From Clostridia bacterium (lineage in GTDB: Bacteria; Bacillota; DTU086), in assembly GCA_012519005.1 (NCBI GenBank), contig JAAYRB010000038.1:1-35748 (forward strand): 35,748 bases of DNA, given 5' to 3'. The position numbers and the translations under genes are program-made. Below are positions 1 to 8,937 of the stretch, piece by piece (within the stretch, counting starts at the first letter, position 1; the number at the start of each line of letters is the position of its first letter). The notes under the pieces are model-generated. The model searched no databases, was not told the DNA's origin, and saw only the letters and a program-made list of their open reading frames with translations.

Positions 1-1
1 C

Positions 2-304
2 CATGTCAGTGACCGTATCGGTGTGATGTACCTGGGACGTCTTGTTGAAATTGCCCCAAAAGAAGAACTGTATAGCCATATTGGTCATCCATATACCGAG
101 GCTCTGCTTTCCGCCGCACCCAATATGAATCCCAGGGCTAAGGCTGATCGTATTTTATTAAAAGGTGATATTCCTAGTCCGGTCAATCCACCCAGTGGAT
201 GCACCTTTCATACCCGCTGCAGTAAATGTATGGAAATATGTAAGACCGAACGACCGGAGCTGCGGGAGGTTAGCCCCGGGCATTTCGTGGCTTGTCATTT
301 ATAG
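2..304 (+). CDS. Oligopeptide/dipeptide ABC transporter ATP-binding protein, C-terminal fragment (5' end lies outside the window)
   Basis: The frame is open from the window edge ([16 protein letters not shown]...). It has the OppF/DppF-type C-terminal extension with a Cys-rich tail ([22 protein letters not shown]...FVACHL). Confidence 0.8.
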   Translation, partial: HVSDRIGVMYLGRLVEIAPKEELYSHIGHPYTEALLSAAPNMNPRAKADRILLKGDIPSPVNPPSGCTFHTRCSKCMEICKTERPELREVSPGHFVACHL

Positions 305-379
305 AATACCTGGGGATTCCATAGGTTCTATGGGTTAAAAACTTTTTATATTTTTTATATATAGAAAGGAAGTTGTAAA

Positions 380-1417
380 ATGTCTATCACAAGAGAGTTG
401 GAAGAGATTCTGCAAATCCCGGGAGTTACCGGTTATGAGGAGCCAATCCGGAAATACCTGGCTCAAAAAATCAAAGGGCTGGGGCTATCATATCGGGTGG
501 ATCCCTTGGGCAATCTCATCACGGAAATTGGTTCCGGGGATAAGAATGTCATCATCTTGGCTCATATGGATGAGCTGGGGCTCATTGTTTCTTATGTTGA
601 AGAGGATGGTTATGCACGCTTTCGCAAGATCCACGGTACCGATGATAGGATGATTTCAGGGCGGTCCGTGGACGTTTTGACGGATAAGGGACCTGTTCCC
701 GGGGTTGTGGGAGTCAAGCCTCCCCATTTGATGAGTGACAGGTCGGAGCAGGAAAAAACTGTGCCCTGCGAAAATCTTTACCTTGATCTCGGTACCCGTT
801 CACGTCAGGAAACCCTTGATCTGGGTGTGGACGTGCTCACGCCGGCGGTATTTCAAAAGCATTTCAATGTACTGAACCATGAATATTTAGCCTGCAGGGC
901 AATGGATGATCGCTTTGGATGCCTTGTTCAGCTGAAGGTATTGGAAAACCTTATGGATGCGGATCTTCCCTATCGCTTAACTTTCGTTTGGACTGTGAAG
1001 GAGGAGATCGGCCTCCATGGGGCCAAGGGCATTGCCGCAACCCACGATCCGGATATTGCTATTGCTGTGGATTCCTTTGCCACGGCGGATATGCCGGAGG
1101 TTGCCTTTCACCTTGCACCCGCAAGACTTGGTGAGGGCCCCGTGCTTCGGGTGGTGGACAGTTATGCCATGTCCGATACATTCGTGAGGAAATATTTCCA
1201 AGATATTTGCAAGAAGCACAGCATTCCCCTTCAGACCGCTATGACCATGGGCGGTACCGATGGTTCTGCTCTCCAGTCCTCCGGGGTTCCCATGCTGGCC
1301 GTTGCCGTTGCTGTTCGATACATGCATTCCATGGTGGAGACCATTCACCGCAGGGATTTAGAACAGCTGATTGAAATGCTTACTCTTGGACTTAAAGAGA
1401 TAACCCAAATATTATAA
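380..1417 (+). CDS. M42 family metallopeptidase (FrvX/CelM-like aminopeptidase)
   Basis: 345 aa with AAAGGAAG RBS. Shows typical M42 blocks (ILAHMDELGL, RAMDDRFGC, VKEEIGLHGA, GGTDGSALQ). Confidence 0.85.
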   Translation: MSITRELEEILQIPGVTGYEEPIRKYLAQKIKGLGLSYRVDPLGNLITEIGSGDKNVIILAHMDELGLIVSYVEEDGYARFRKIHGTDDRMISGRSVDVLTDKGPVPGVVGVKPPHLMSDRSEQEKTVPCENLYLDLGTRSRQETLDLGVDVLTPAVFQKHFNVLNHEYLACRAMDDRFGCLVQLKVLENLMDADLPYRLTFVWTVKEEIGLHGAKGIAATHDPDIAIAVDSFATADMPEVAFHLAPARLGEGPVLRVVDSYAMSDTFVRKYFQDICKKHSIPLQTAMTMGGTDGSALQSSGVPMLAVAVAVRYMHSMVETIHRRDLEQLIEMLTLGLKEITQIL

Positions 1418-1481
1418 GGATACTTGTATGAGTGAGTTTAACAACTATTTTCTAATGTAAACCTTTTTGCCCATGATCAAT

Positions 1482-1518
1482 GGACACCTTGATGTACTTT
1501 CACAGGTGTCTCTTTTTA
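1482..1518 (+). terminator. Rho-independent terminator after the M42 peptidase gene
   Basis: GGACACCT (1482-1489) pairs with AGGTGTCT (1504-1511) and is followed by a T-rich tail TCTTTTTAT. Confidence 0.6.
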
Positions 1519-1678
1519 TGTAACTATGCATCTTTATACATGGGATGGCAGGAATATGATTATGGTATGCTTAGATAATATCTGAGTAAACTTTAAACGG
1601 GGTTGTTGGCAGTATGTAATTACCGCCTCTCCAAAAGGCTAAAGATCTGTTAACTGAAAGGGTGTTTGGGCAAATACA

Positions 1679-3019
1679 ATGACACATAGAGATGATTTTA
1701 CTGAAGGAAATGTCAGGGGGCAGCTGATTACCTTTTCTGTTCCCATATTACTTACTAATTTACTGCAGGTCTCCTACCAATTCATAGACAGCCTCTGGGT
1801 TGGGAATTTAATAGGTGCCAATGCTCTGGGTGCCGTGGCGGTGGCAAGTATTGTTATTTCCGTTATTCTATCCTTTATTTTTGGTATCAATAATGCTACC
1901 CTCACCATTTTATCCCAGCAAAAGGGTATGGGAGATGAGGTGGGACTGAGCAGGTATCTCAATGCTTTTACGGTTCTTCTGGCCTTCCTTTCAATACTTG
2001 TGGCCTTGGTGGGTTTTTTCTTTGCAGAGTACATACTGGTACTGCTCAACACGCCTATTTCTATGCTTCATCCAGCCCAGTCCTATTTACAAATCAACAG
2101 CCTGGGCATCGCTTTTTTGATAGGCTATAATTTCATTGGTTCGGTTTTAAGGGCACTGGGGGATAGTAAAACACCGTTAAAAATTGTTTTCGCGGCAGTG
2201 ATGTTAAATACTGTGTTGGACCCCATATTGATAGCATATTTCAATTTAGGGGTTAATGGTGCCGCGGTGGCAACCATAATATCCCAGGGATTGGCTTTTT
2301 TATCTGGGATGTATCTTGTGCTCAGACAGGGGCTTGCCCCTTTTCCAACCCCGTTTATTCCGGCAAGAAAAGAGGTCTTTCTCATCATGAAGCTGGGTAT
2401 CCCATCTGGGCTGCAAATGTCTGTAATTACTGCCGGTATAGCGGCCATAATGAGTGTGGTGAACTCCTTCGGACCCCATGTGGTTGCCGGTTTCAGCGCC
2501 GCCCAGCGTTTAGACAGCATAATAATGCTTCCTGCCCAAGCCCTCGGCACAGCGGTTAACAGTATGGCGGGGCAAAACATCGGTGTGAATAAATGGAGCC
2601 GAGTCTTTAAAATTGCTAGACTTGGTCTTTTCTATAATCTGCTGATTATGGTGATTACTGCTTTTGTTATTTTTGTATTTTCGGAGCATCTTATCAGGCT
2701 GTTTATCAAAGAGGCTGACTCCCTTCGTTTTGGAGGACAGTATCTAAGAACCATCGCCTTCTTCTACCCATTTTTGGGTATCAACTTTGTTTTGAATGGC
2801 GCTGTTCGGGCATCGGGGGCAATGTATCAGGTGTTGGTGCTGAACATTATTTCCTTCTGGATGCTGAGATATCCATTAACCTTTACTTTCTCTTCATTTT
2901 TGGGGGATGGGGGTATCGCCTATGGTATGGGCTTCAGCTTCATAATCAGCAGTATCATCGCTTATCTGTACTACCGTTTTGGTGGGTGGAAAGAAAAAGA
3001 GCTGTTTTCTGAAGCCTAA
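1679..3019 (+). CDS. MATE family efflux transporter
   Basis: 446 aa, about 12 predicted TM helices. The N-terminus (ITFSVPILLTNLLQVSYQFIDSLWVGNL) is typical of MATE/NorM-like proteins. Confidence 0.85.
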   Translation: MTHRDDFTEGNVRGQLITFSVPILLTNLLQVSYQFIDSLWVGNLIGANALGAVAVASIVISVILSFIFGINNATLTILSQQKGMGDEVGLSRYLNAFTVLLAFLSILVALVGFFFAEYILVLLNTPISMLHPAQSYLQINSLGIAFLIGYNFIGSVLRALGDSKTPLKIVFAAVMLNTVLDPILIAYFNLGVNGAAVATIISQGLAFLSGMYLVLRQGLAPFPTPFIPARKEVFLIMKLGIPSGLQMSVITAGIAAIMSVVNSFGPHVVAGFSAAQRLDSIIMLPAQALGTAVNSMAGQNIGVNKWSRVFKIARLGLFYNLLIMVITAFVIFVFSEHLIRLFIKEADSLRFGGQYLRTIAFFYPFLGINFVLNGAVRASGAMYQVLVLNIISFWMLRYPLTFTFSSFLGDGGIAYGMGFSFIISSIIAYLYYRFGGWKEKELFSEA

Positions 3020-3022
3020 GTA

Positions 3023-3223
3023 TTGGGGGCCAGCATTATCTCTATTTTCATGGCAGTGGTGATGGCGGGTGCCGCTGTTTCACCGGCCCTTGGGCTGATC
3101 GCAAGGGCATTTCCCGATGCAAGTCCAACAATGATTAATATGATTCTGACAGCACCGGCCCTCGCAATTACTTCTTTCATATTTTTGACAAGTTACCTAA
3201 CAACTAAATTATCAGAACGCTAA
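3023..3223 (+). pseudogene. N-terminal remnant of an MFS-type transporter (66 codons, about TM1-TM2 only)
   Basis: The translation (FMAVVMAGAAVSPALGLIARAFPDASPTMINMILTAPALAI) resembles the first two helices of MFS permeases, then stops. It has a TTG start, no RBS, and begins 4 nt after the MATE stop. Confidence 0.35.
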
Positions 3224-3316
3224 AAATCTAAATTTTCCTTTAAGGAATCAGAGGTGAGTGCATCTTTATGGGCAAAAATAAGCCGAGTAAATCATGAAGG
3301 AAATAGGAGGAGGCAT

Positions 3317-4159
3317 ATGCTGGGTGCAATCATTGGCGATATTGTGGGGTCACGTTTTGAATTTGACAATCATAAGAGTAAGGAATTTGAATTGTTTGAC
3401 GAAGGCTGTGTCGTTACAGATGACAGCATTATGACTCTAGCCGTGGCCAAGGCTGTTATGGAAGCTTTGAAGATCAGGGAACTATCTGGTCAGGAATATG
3501 ACCATGAATTTCATGCAAGTCTTGCTCAATTGACTGTGAACTGTATGCAGGAAATTGGGCAAAAGTATCCTGATTGTGGGTTTGGGGGCATGTTCCGCCG
3601 GTGGGTTTTCAGCAGCGACCCCAAACCATATAACAGCTTCGGCAATGGGGCGGCCATGAGGATCAGCCCCGTGGGTTTCATCGCAAGCTCAAAGCGGGAG
3701 GTTTTATCCCTTGCCGAGACCGTGACAGCCGTTACCCATAATCATGAAGAGGGTATCAAGGGTGCTTCGGCTGTGGCCCTGGCAATTTATCTGGCCCTGA
3801 ATGGGGCATCTAAAGGTGAAATACATAAGCATATCTCGAACAGCTATTACCCCTTAAATTTTAAAATTGATGAGATCCGGGCGGCATATGGCTTTGACGA
3901 AACTTGCCAAGGAACGGTTCCCCAGGCGATTCAATGCTTTCTTGAATCCAATTCCTTTGAGGATGCCATCCGTACCTCCATCTCCCTTGGCGGTGATAGC
4001 GATACCATCGCCGCAATTACCGGTGCCATCGCCCAGGCTTTCTATGGTGTGCCGAAGCATATTGGGGATAGGGCCTTGGCATATCTGGATGGTGAATTGA
4101 AGGAAATTTATGATGAGTGGATTGATTTTACCCCTCCCCATGATAAGGGATTCAGTTGA
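3317..4159 (+). CDS. ADP-ribosylglycohydrolase family protein
   Basis: AGGAGGAGG RBS lies 4 nt before the ATG at 3317 (the longer track ORF from 3254 has no RBS). The N-terminal GAIIGDIVGSRFEF and C-terminal GGDSDTIAAITGAIAQAFYG metal-binding blocks are typical of the ARH/DraG family. Confidence 0.85.
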   Translation: MLGAIIGDIVGSRFEFDNHKSKEFELFDEGCVVTDDSIMTLAVAKAVMEALKIRELSGQEYDHEFHASLAQLTVNCMQEIGQKYPDCGFGGMFRRWVFSSDPKPYNSFGNGAAMRISPVGFIASSKREVLSLAETVTAVTHNHEEGIKGASAVALAIYLALNGASKGEIHKHISNSYYPLNFKIDEIRAAYGFDETCQGTVPQAIQCFLESNSFEDAIRTSISLGGDSDTIAAITGAIAQAFYGVPKHIGDRALAYLDGELKEIYDEWIDFTPPHDKGFS

Positions 4160-4237
4160 ATGGTGCTTCATGGGTTGTTGTTTGCGGGGGCGGGAATATA
4201 CTGTATCAGATGATGTGAATATGCCTTTAATACGGAT

Positions 4238-5140
4238 TTGTTTTTTGCAATTACTGGCAGGAAATTGGGTAATGCGGCCGAAAGAAATTTAGGTTTCTTT
4301 GCGGTGGCTGCAAAGCTCTTGGATCCCCAAGCATCTGCACCAGATGTTGTGGAGGATGTGGTGGCCGAGGAGCTGGCATTGATTGAGGAAAATGCGGGCA
4401 TCCAATATTCCCCCCTAATGAATATGGGTCAGACATCGGAAGGTGCAGAAGCCTTCATGGAAGACTATTCCCAATATATTCCCCGGGGGCATTATGCAGA
4501 GAACGAACAACTCCAGAGATATTTTAAAGCTATGATGTGGTGCGGCAGGATGACTTTCAGATTAAGCAGTGAAGACGAAACTAAATCCGCCATCTTGATT
4601 ACCCTTGCTCTGGAACAAGATAAAAACCAAAAAATGTGGGATAAAATATATCAGCCCACAAATTTCTTTGTGGGAAAAAGCGATGACCTTTCTTACATGG
4701 AGTGTGGAGAACTGCTCAAGAAGGTGCACGGCAGCGGAGCGGGACTGAAGGATATAACCTCCGACATAGGGAAATGGAAGGAATTTATGAAGGAAACGGC
4801 CAATCTTGATCCCCCCGCTATCAACTCCATGCCCATCTTTGAGGAAGAAATACAACCCGATAGGGAGCAGGAAATAAAGGGCTTTCGATTCATGGGCCAG
4901 CGTTTTACCCTGGATGCGGCTATTTTTCAACGGCTGGTGTACCGGGATGTAGGGAAAAATAGCCGGGGCGCAAGAAGGATGCTGCCAAGGGCACTGGATA
5001 TTCCCGCCGCATTGGTGGCTGATGTGGTCACGGATCCCAATGGGCAGGTATTAGAAGAAACAACAGGACCTATATTTCCCATCTATGTTGTAGTGCAGGT
5101 GGATGGTAAATTAAAAACCACCTCTTTATTATTAGGTTAA
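4238..5140 (+). pseudogene. Degraded DUF3160-family gene (N-terminus missing, probable internal deletion, broken 3' end)
   Basis: It carries the YIPRGHY...YFKAMMWCGRMTF signature I associate with DUF3160 proteins. However it is only 300 aa, has no signal peptide or RBS, and is followed (5141-5560) by short broken frames only. Confidence 0.5.
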
Positions 5141-5567
5141 AAAATGGGCGTACTGTACCGGTATGGCAATCCTCAAACCTTGACAACTCGAATCACCATC
5201 TTATGCTCAAGGATATAAATGGCGAAGGTGAAAATGTACTGGTGGCCTCGGAGGGGGACTACAATGATCCCAGAACTGAGCGGGCTACCATGTGGAAGTG
5301 GAATGGTTGGGGCTTTTCACGGCTGGATTAAAGAAATCCACGGCCGCACACAATTGTCACCCTTTGATTTTATTGTCATCTGTTGATAATATTACCTACC
5401 GGGGGTGGGGTTGATATTTCCTGGGACAAGCAGTCTTGAATCATGAGCTTCGCCCCGGCTTTGAATCTACCCGGTATGATTTTATTATTCTGAAATGGCA
5501 TAATACTATAAAACAGGCTTTTCCGTTCACCAATTGATGCCAATAAAACAAGCAAAGGGGTGCAAAA

Positions 5568-6302
5568 ATGAAACGTTTAGAGGATAAAGTTGCGATCATT
5601 ACAGGTGCGGCCCAAGGTATGGGTGCCGCCCATGCCATACGTTTTGTTGATGAGGGTGCCAAGGTTGTATTGACAGACATAAGGGAGGAAGAAGGCCTTT
5701 CGCTGTCGGAGGAACTGGGTGAAAACGCCCTGTTTATCAAACATGGTGTAACAAATGCTCAGGAATGGGCTGAAGTTGTGGCGGAAGCAGAAAATAAATT
5801 TGGGCCGGTGGATATCCTGGTAAACAACGCCGGCATTACAATGGCCAAATCGATTCTAGAAACCACCGAGGAAGAGTACCGCAATATAGTTGATATCAAC
5901 CAAGTATCCGTGTTTCTTGGTACAAAGGCCGTTATACCATCCATGCAGAAGGCTAAAGGGGGATCCATTGTCAATGTGTCTTCCATTAACGGTATAGTGG
6001 GCGGTGCCATAGGTTATACGGATTCAAAGTTTGCCGTTCGGGGAATGACAAAGGCCGCTGCCGTGGAATGTGCCCATTACGGAATCCGTGTCAACTCCGT
6101 ACACCCCGGTGTCATTGAAACACCCATGATTATGCAGGAAGATACAAAAGCTGCCGTGGAGGAATTTGCCCAGCACATACCATTGAAGAGAATTGCCAAG
6201 CCAGAGGAGGTCACCAATCTGGTACTGTATTTGGCCTCCGATGAATCAAGCTATTCAACGGGTTCAGAATTTATTGTGGATGGCGGCATTACCATGGTAT
6301 AG
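5568..6302 (+). CDS. SDR family NAD(P)-dependent oxidoreductase (3alpha/20beta-hydroxysteroid or glucose 1-dehydrogenase-like)
   Basis: 244 aa with AAAGGGGTG RBS. Has the TGAAQGMG cofactor motif, NNAG, and the catalytic S...YTDSK motif. Confidence 0.9.
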   Translation: MKRLEDKVAIITGAAQGMGAAHAIRFVDEGAKVVLTDIREEEGLSLSEELGENALFIKHGVTNAQEWAEVVAEAENKFGPVDILVNNAGITMAKSILETTEEEYRNIVDINQVSVFLGTKAVIPSMQKAKGGSIVNVSSINGIVGGAIGYTDSKFAVRGMTKAAAVECAHYGIRVNSVHPGVIETPMIMQEDTKAAVEEFAQHIPLKRIAKPEEVTNLVLYLASDESSYSTGSEFIVDGGITMV

Positions 6303-6462
6303 TTTAATAACTGAATAAAGTCGGATGAGTAAAGTATCGGGGATGGGGTCTTGTTTGCAATTCCATCATCTTTGTATTTTTTCAATGATGCCGGGTAGAG
6401 TCTATCAGGATCCCATTCCTCGTTTTTTCACTGAAATTATGTAGGGGAGGTGTCATGTAATA

Positions 6463-7110
6463 ATGTGCGGACGTTTTTCCATGTCAAACTACTCGGATTT
6501 TAATGAGAGGTTTGAGATCGGCCCGCCCCCGGGTGCCAGGCCCCGCTATAATATTGCACCTTCGCAGGATATCCTGGCCATTGTCGGTGGTGACAGCCCC
6601 AGAGCTGTGTATTTCAAATGGGGATTGATACCCTTTTGGGCCAAAGAAAGCTTTAAGGGCTTGATTAATGCCAGGGCGGAAACCGTGGATAAAAAACCGA
6701 GTTTCAGGCACAGCTTTAGGGGCAAAAGATGCCTAATTCCTGCTGACGGCTTTTATGAGTGGGCGGGGGAGGCGGGTAAAAAAACACCTTACAGGATAGT
6801 CTTAAAAGACAATGGGATGTTTGCCTTTGCCGGGTTGTGGGATGTATGGACTTCCCGTGAGGGAAAAACCATCAACACCTGTACTATTATTACCACCGAG
6901 GCCAATACCTTGATAGAGCCAATCCACAATCGTATGCCCGTGATCCTTCGCCGGGAGGAGGAGGGTATTTGGCTCAGAAAGGATATAGATGCCCCAGAAC
7001 TCAAGAAACTTTTAAAACCCTATCCCAGTGAAGGGATGGAATCTTTCCAGGTGTCGACGAAAATCAATAACTTTAGAAATGACATCCCTGAAGTATTGAA
7101 TCCCCTCTAA
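6463..7110 (+). CDS. SOS response-associated peptidase (SRAP / YedK-HMCES family, abasic-site DNA-protein crosslinking)
   Basis: Starts MCGRF (Cys2 nucleophile). Contains YNIAPSQ, the INARAET block and PADGFYEW, and is the right length at 215 aa. Confidence 0.9.
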   Translation: MCGRFSMSNYSDFNERFEIGPPPGARPRYNIAPSQDILAIVGGDSPRAVYFKWGLIPFWAKESFKGLINARAETVDKKPSFRHSFRGKRCLIPADGFYEWAGEAGKKTPYRIVLKDNGMFAFAGLWDVWTSREGKTINTCTIITTEANTLIEPIHNRMPVILRREEEGIWLRKDIDAPELKKLLKPYPSEGMESFQVSTKINNFRNDIPEVLNPL

Positions 7111-7206
7111 ATAGAATCGCGATAATTTATTAAAGGTCATCGGAAAGTTCCGGGGTCCAATCTTATATCCTATGCAGAATTCCTCTGTGTCATTGGCTGG
7201 CTAACA

Positions 7207-7962
7207 TCACTTATATGCCGCCAGATAATTTATACCCGAAACTATGATGCCGCCGCCGATGAAATTACCCACGCCGGATATCGATAAATTATAGAATATG
7301 TCCATGGCGGTAAGTTTTGCACCGCAGAAAAACCCCGCGTATAAAAAATACATATTGGCAACAACGTGCTCCGTTCCGCTGAGAACAAAAATGACAATTG
7401 CAAGCCATAAAACAACTACCTTTGCAATTTCCTCTTTGCAGCTGTATGCCAGGCAGACACCGGTACAGACAATAATATTACATAAAATAGCACTGATGAG
7501 CAGCTGACCCACCGGCAGCTGCACTTTATTAACTGCCTTATTTACAACCAATTCCCTTACAGCCCCATCAAAAATCCCCGATGCTTCAGTGATATATGCT
7601 ATAAAAATCGATCCCAAGAGATTAGCAAATATCACCAAAATCAAAATGCCAAGGATTTTTCCTGCCCTGGTACGGCCGGCGTAAACGGCACTCACAACCA
7701 TGCAGTCACTGGTGAAAAGTTCCGCCCCCATCAGCAAAACGGCGATAATCCCCAAGGGGAAAACTAGAGCACCAAAAAAATCCCCTAAACCGGGTGTCGA
7801 AACACTTGCGGCAACCTTAAGACTCCCCAACGCCCCGATGGAGATATAAAATCCTGCCAGGATGCCTTGCACCATAAGGGTAAAAAACCGTTTTTTAGCT
7901 TTAATCTCGCCTTGGGATATTATGTAATCTGTTAATGCCTTTGGTCCGGGATGGCCGGTCAT
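7207..7962 (-). CDS. Formate/nitrite transporter (FNT) family protein
   Basis: 251 aa, six TM helices. Has FNT-type blocks (GAELFTSD, NLLGSIFIAY, SGTEHVVANM) and an AGAGAGG RBS. Confidence 0.85.
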   Translation of the reverse strand: MTGHPGPKALTDYIISQGEIKAKKRFFTLMVQGILAGFYISIGALGSLKVAASVSTPGLGDFFGALVFPLGIIAVLLMGAELFTSDCMVVSAVYAGRTRAGKILGILILVIFANLLGSIFIAYITEASGIFDGAVRELVVNKAVNKVQLPVGQLLISAILCNIIVCTGVCLAYSCKEEIAKVVVLWLAIVIFVLSGTEHVVANMYFLYAGFFCGAKLTAMDIFYNLSISGVGNFIGGGIIVSGINYLAAYK

Positions 7963-8130
7963 AAAAAAAACCTCTCTTGTTTTATTTCTATATTCATTAC
8001 AAATGTTGCCCGTAAACTATTTATTTATCTCTTTGCAAGGTGTAGTCTAATCCATGATTTTACTGCTATTAATATTTTTATTCGCCGGAGACTGCTTCTT
8101 CCCCTTTTTACTCGTTTTTTAAAAATAGTA

Positions 8131-8159
8131 GTGACAAAAACTTTTTTAAATGCTACTAT
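8131..8159 (+). promoter_or_regulatory. Candidate sigma-A promoter of the trpP-ecf operon
   Basis: GTGACA (8131-8136), 17-nt spacer, TACTAT (8154-8159). This would give a leader of about 220 nt. Confidence 0.45.
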
Positions 8160-8233
8160 ATATTAAATCTACTTTAATTTACTTAATGGCGTGGGAGGTT
8201 TTTCACCATCCTGTTGAAGAAAAACTGAATAAG

Positions 8234-8285
8234 GAGTTGAGAAGAGATGAGATGAGCCGAGATAAGCTGAGGTGAGCAGAGTTAG
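8234..8285 (+). promoter_or_regulatory. TRAP-binding-site-like array: 9 GAG plus 1 AAG triplets at exact 5-nt spacing, then a TAG
   Basis: Triplets start at 8234, 8239, 8244, 8249, 8254, 8259, 8264 (AAG), 8269, 8274 and 8279, each separated by 2 nt. A TAG follows at 8283. This matches the (G/U)AG-N2-3 repeat architecture bound by the TRAP 11-mer. Confidence 0.7.
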
Positions 8286-8325
8286 GTTGCTTATGCGATT
8301 TCGCAGACCAATTTTATGCCAATGG

Positions 8326-8359
8326 GCCGGACTCATTTCTGGGTTCGGCTTTTATTATT
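8326..8359 (+). terminator. Possible attenuator (weak intrinsic terminator) in the trpP leader
   Basis: GCCGGA (8326-8331) pairs with TTCGGC (8344-8349, one G-U pair) across a 12-nt loop and is followed by TTTTATTATT. The stem is short, so confidence is low. Confidence 0.4.
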
Positions 8360-8363
8360 GGCT

Positions 8364-8401
8364 GAGAAGAGATGAGAGGAGATTAAAAAATGAGCGAAGA
8401 G
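8364..8401 (+). promoter_or_regulatory. Second GAG-triplet cluster overlapping the trpP Shine-Dalgarno and start codon
   Basis: GAG triplets at 8364, 8369, 8374 and 8379 (5-nt spacing) cover the SD GAGAGGAG. Further GAGs occur at 8392 and 8399, just after the ATG at 8390. Confidence 0.55.
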
Positions 8402-8926
8402 AAGGTTTTGACGGGAGCAAACGCCCGTACAAAGGAAATTGCTATTGTTGCGGTGTTAATTGCCATTGGCGCTGTTCTAAGAATGGTTTCCCCGGCTATA
8501 GCGGGCATCACACCGAATTTTGTTATAGCTATGTATTGCTTATCCATTATGCTTGTGAAACCAAAACTGCCGGGGGCGGTGGGTATCGGCTTTGCTGCCG
8601 GTGCAATCAGTATGGTGACCACCAAATCCCCCATACCCTATATCAACTTGCTTTCCGAGCCTGTGGGAGCAGTGGTGGCTTTAATGGTTTTGCTGGCCCT
8701 GCCCAATTTGTCAGTTAGGGGTCATTCCCTAAGACCTTTAATAATCGGCGCATTGGCCACAATCGCCAGCGGCAGCCTCTATGTCATATCAAATATGTTT
8801 TTGCTGAATTTGCCCGTTGAGGTAGCGAAGGTTGCCTTTCTCACAGTTGTGGTCCCAGTAACACTGATAAACGGTGTTATTACCCAAATTCTGTATTATC
8901 CCACCAACAGATTTGTCAACCTTTAG
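8390..8926 (+). CDS. trpP: TrpP-family tryptophan transporter (ECF transporter substrate-specific S component)
   Basis: 178 aa, about 5-6 TM helices. Aligns by eye with B. subtilis TrpP/YhaG (KTKELVIMALFAAIGAALH vs RTKEIAIVAVLIAIGAVLR; GIISALTT vs GAISMVTT). It is followed by ecfA-ecfA'-ecfT and preceded by TRAP-type triplets. Confidence 0.75.
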   Translation: MSEEKVLTGANARTKEIAIVAVLIAIGAVLRMVSPAIAGITPNFVIAMYCLSIMLVKPKLPGAVGIGFAAGAISMVTTKSPIPYINLLSEPVGAVVALMVLLALPNLSVRGHSLRPLIIGALATIASGSLYVISNMFLLNLPVEVAKVAFLTVVVPVTLINGVITQILYYPTNRFVNL

Positions 8927-8937
8927 GGGGAAAGGGC

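Noticed and set aside
435..1348. Alternative-frame and antisense ORFs inside the M42 peptidase gene (and similar nested ORFs inside most other genes in the track)
   Set aside because: They are nested within longer ORFs that carry clear family motifs and RBSs. None has an independent start signal or a recognisable motif.
1519..1678. Possible riboswitch in the 160-nt leader of the MATE gene
   Set aside because: I could not match guanidine (ykkC), preQ1 or other leader motifs known to precede efflux genes. Only weak, non-specific pairing is visible.
4110..4436. Short overlapping ORFs (60-77 aa, both strands) between the ARH gene and the DUF3160 remnant
   Set aside because: They are mutually overlapping, lack an RBS and have low-complexity translations. 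They are consistent with decayed sequence rather than genes.
7951..8166. 71-aa plus-strand ORF in the FNT / trpP intergenic region
   Set aside because: It is AT-rich promoter DNA with no RBS, and the hydrophobic/basic translation is typical of a random AT-rich frame.
8272..8718. 148-aa ORF spanning the trpP leader and the first half of trpP in another frame
   Set aside because: Its GTG start lies inside the GAG-triplet array and it has no RBS. The translation is Arg/Cys/Gly-rich nonsense overlapping a well-supported membrane protein gene. It is an artefact of the purine-rich leader.
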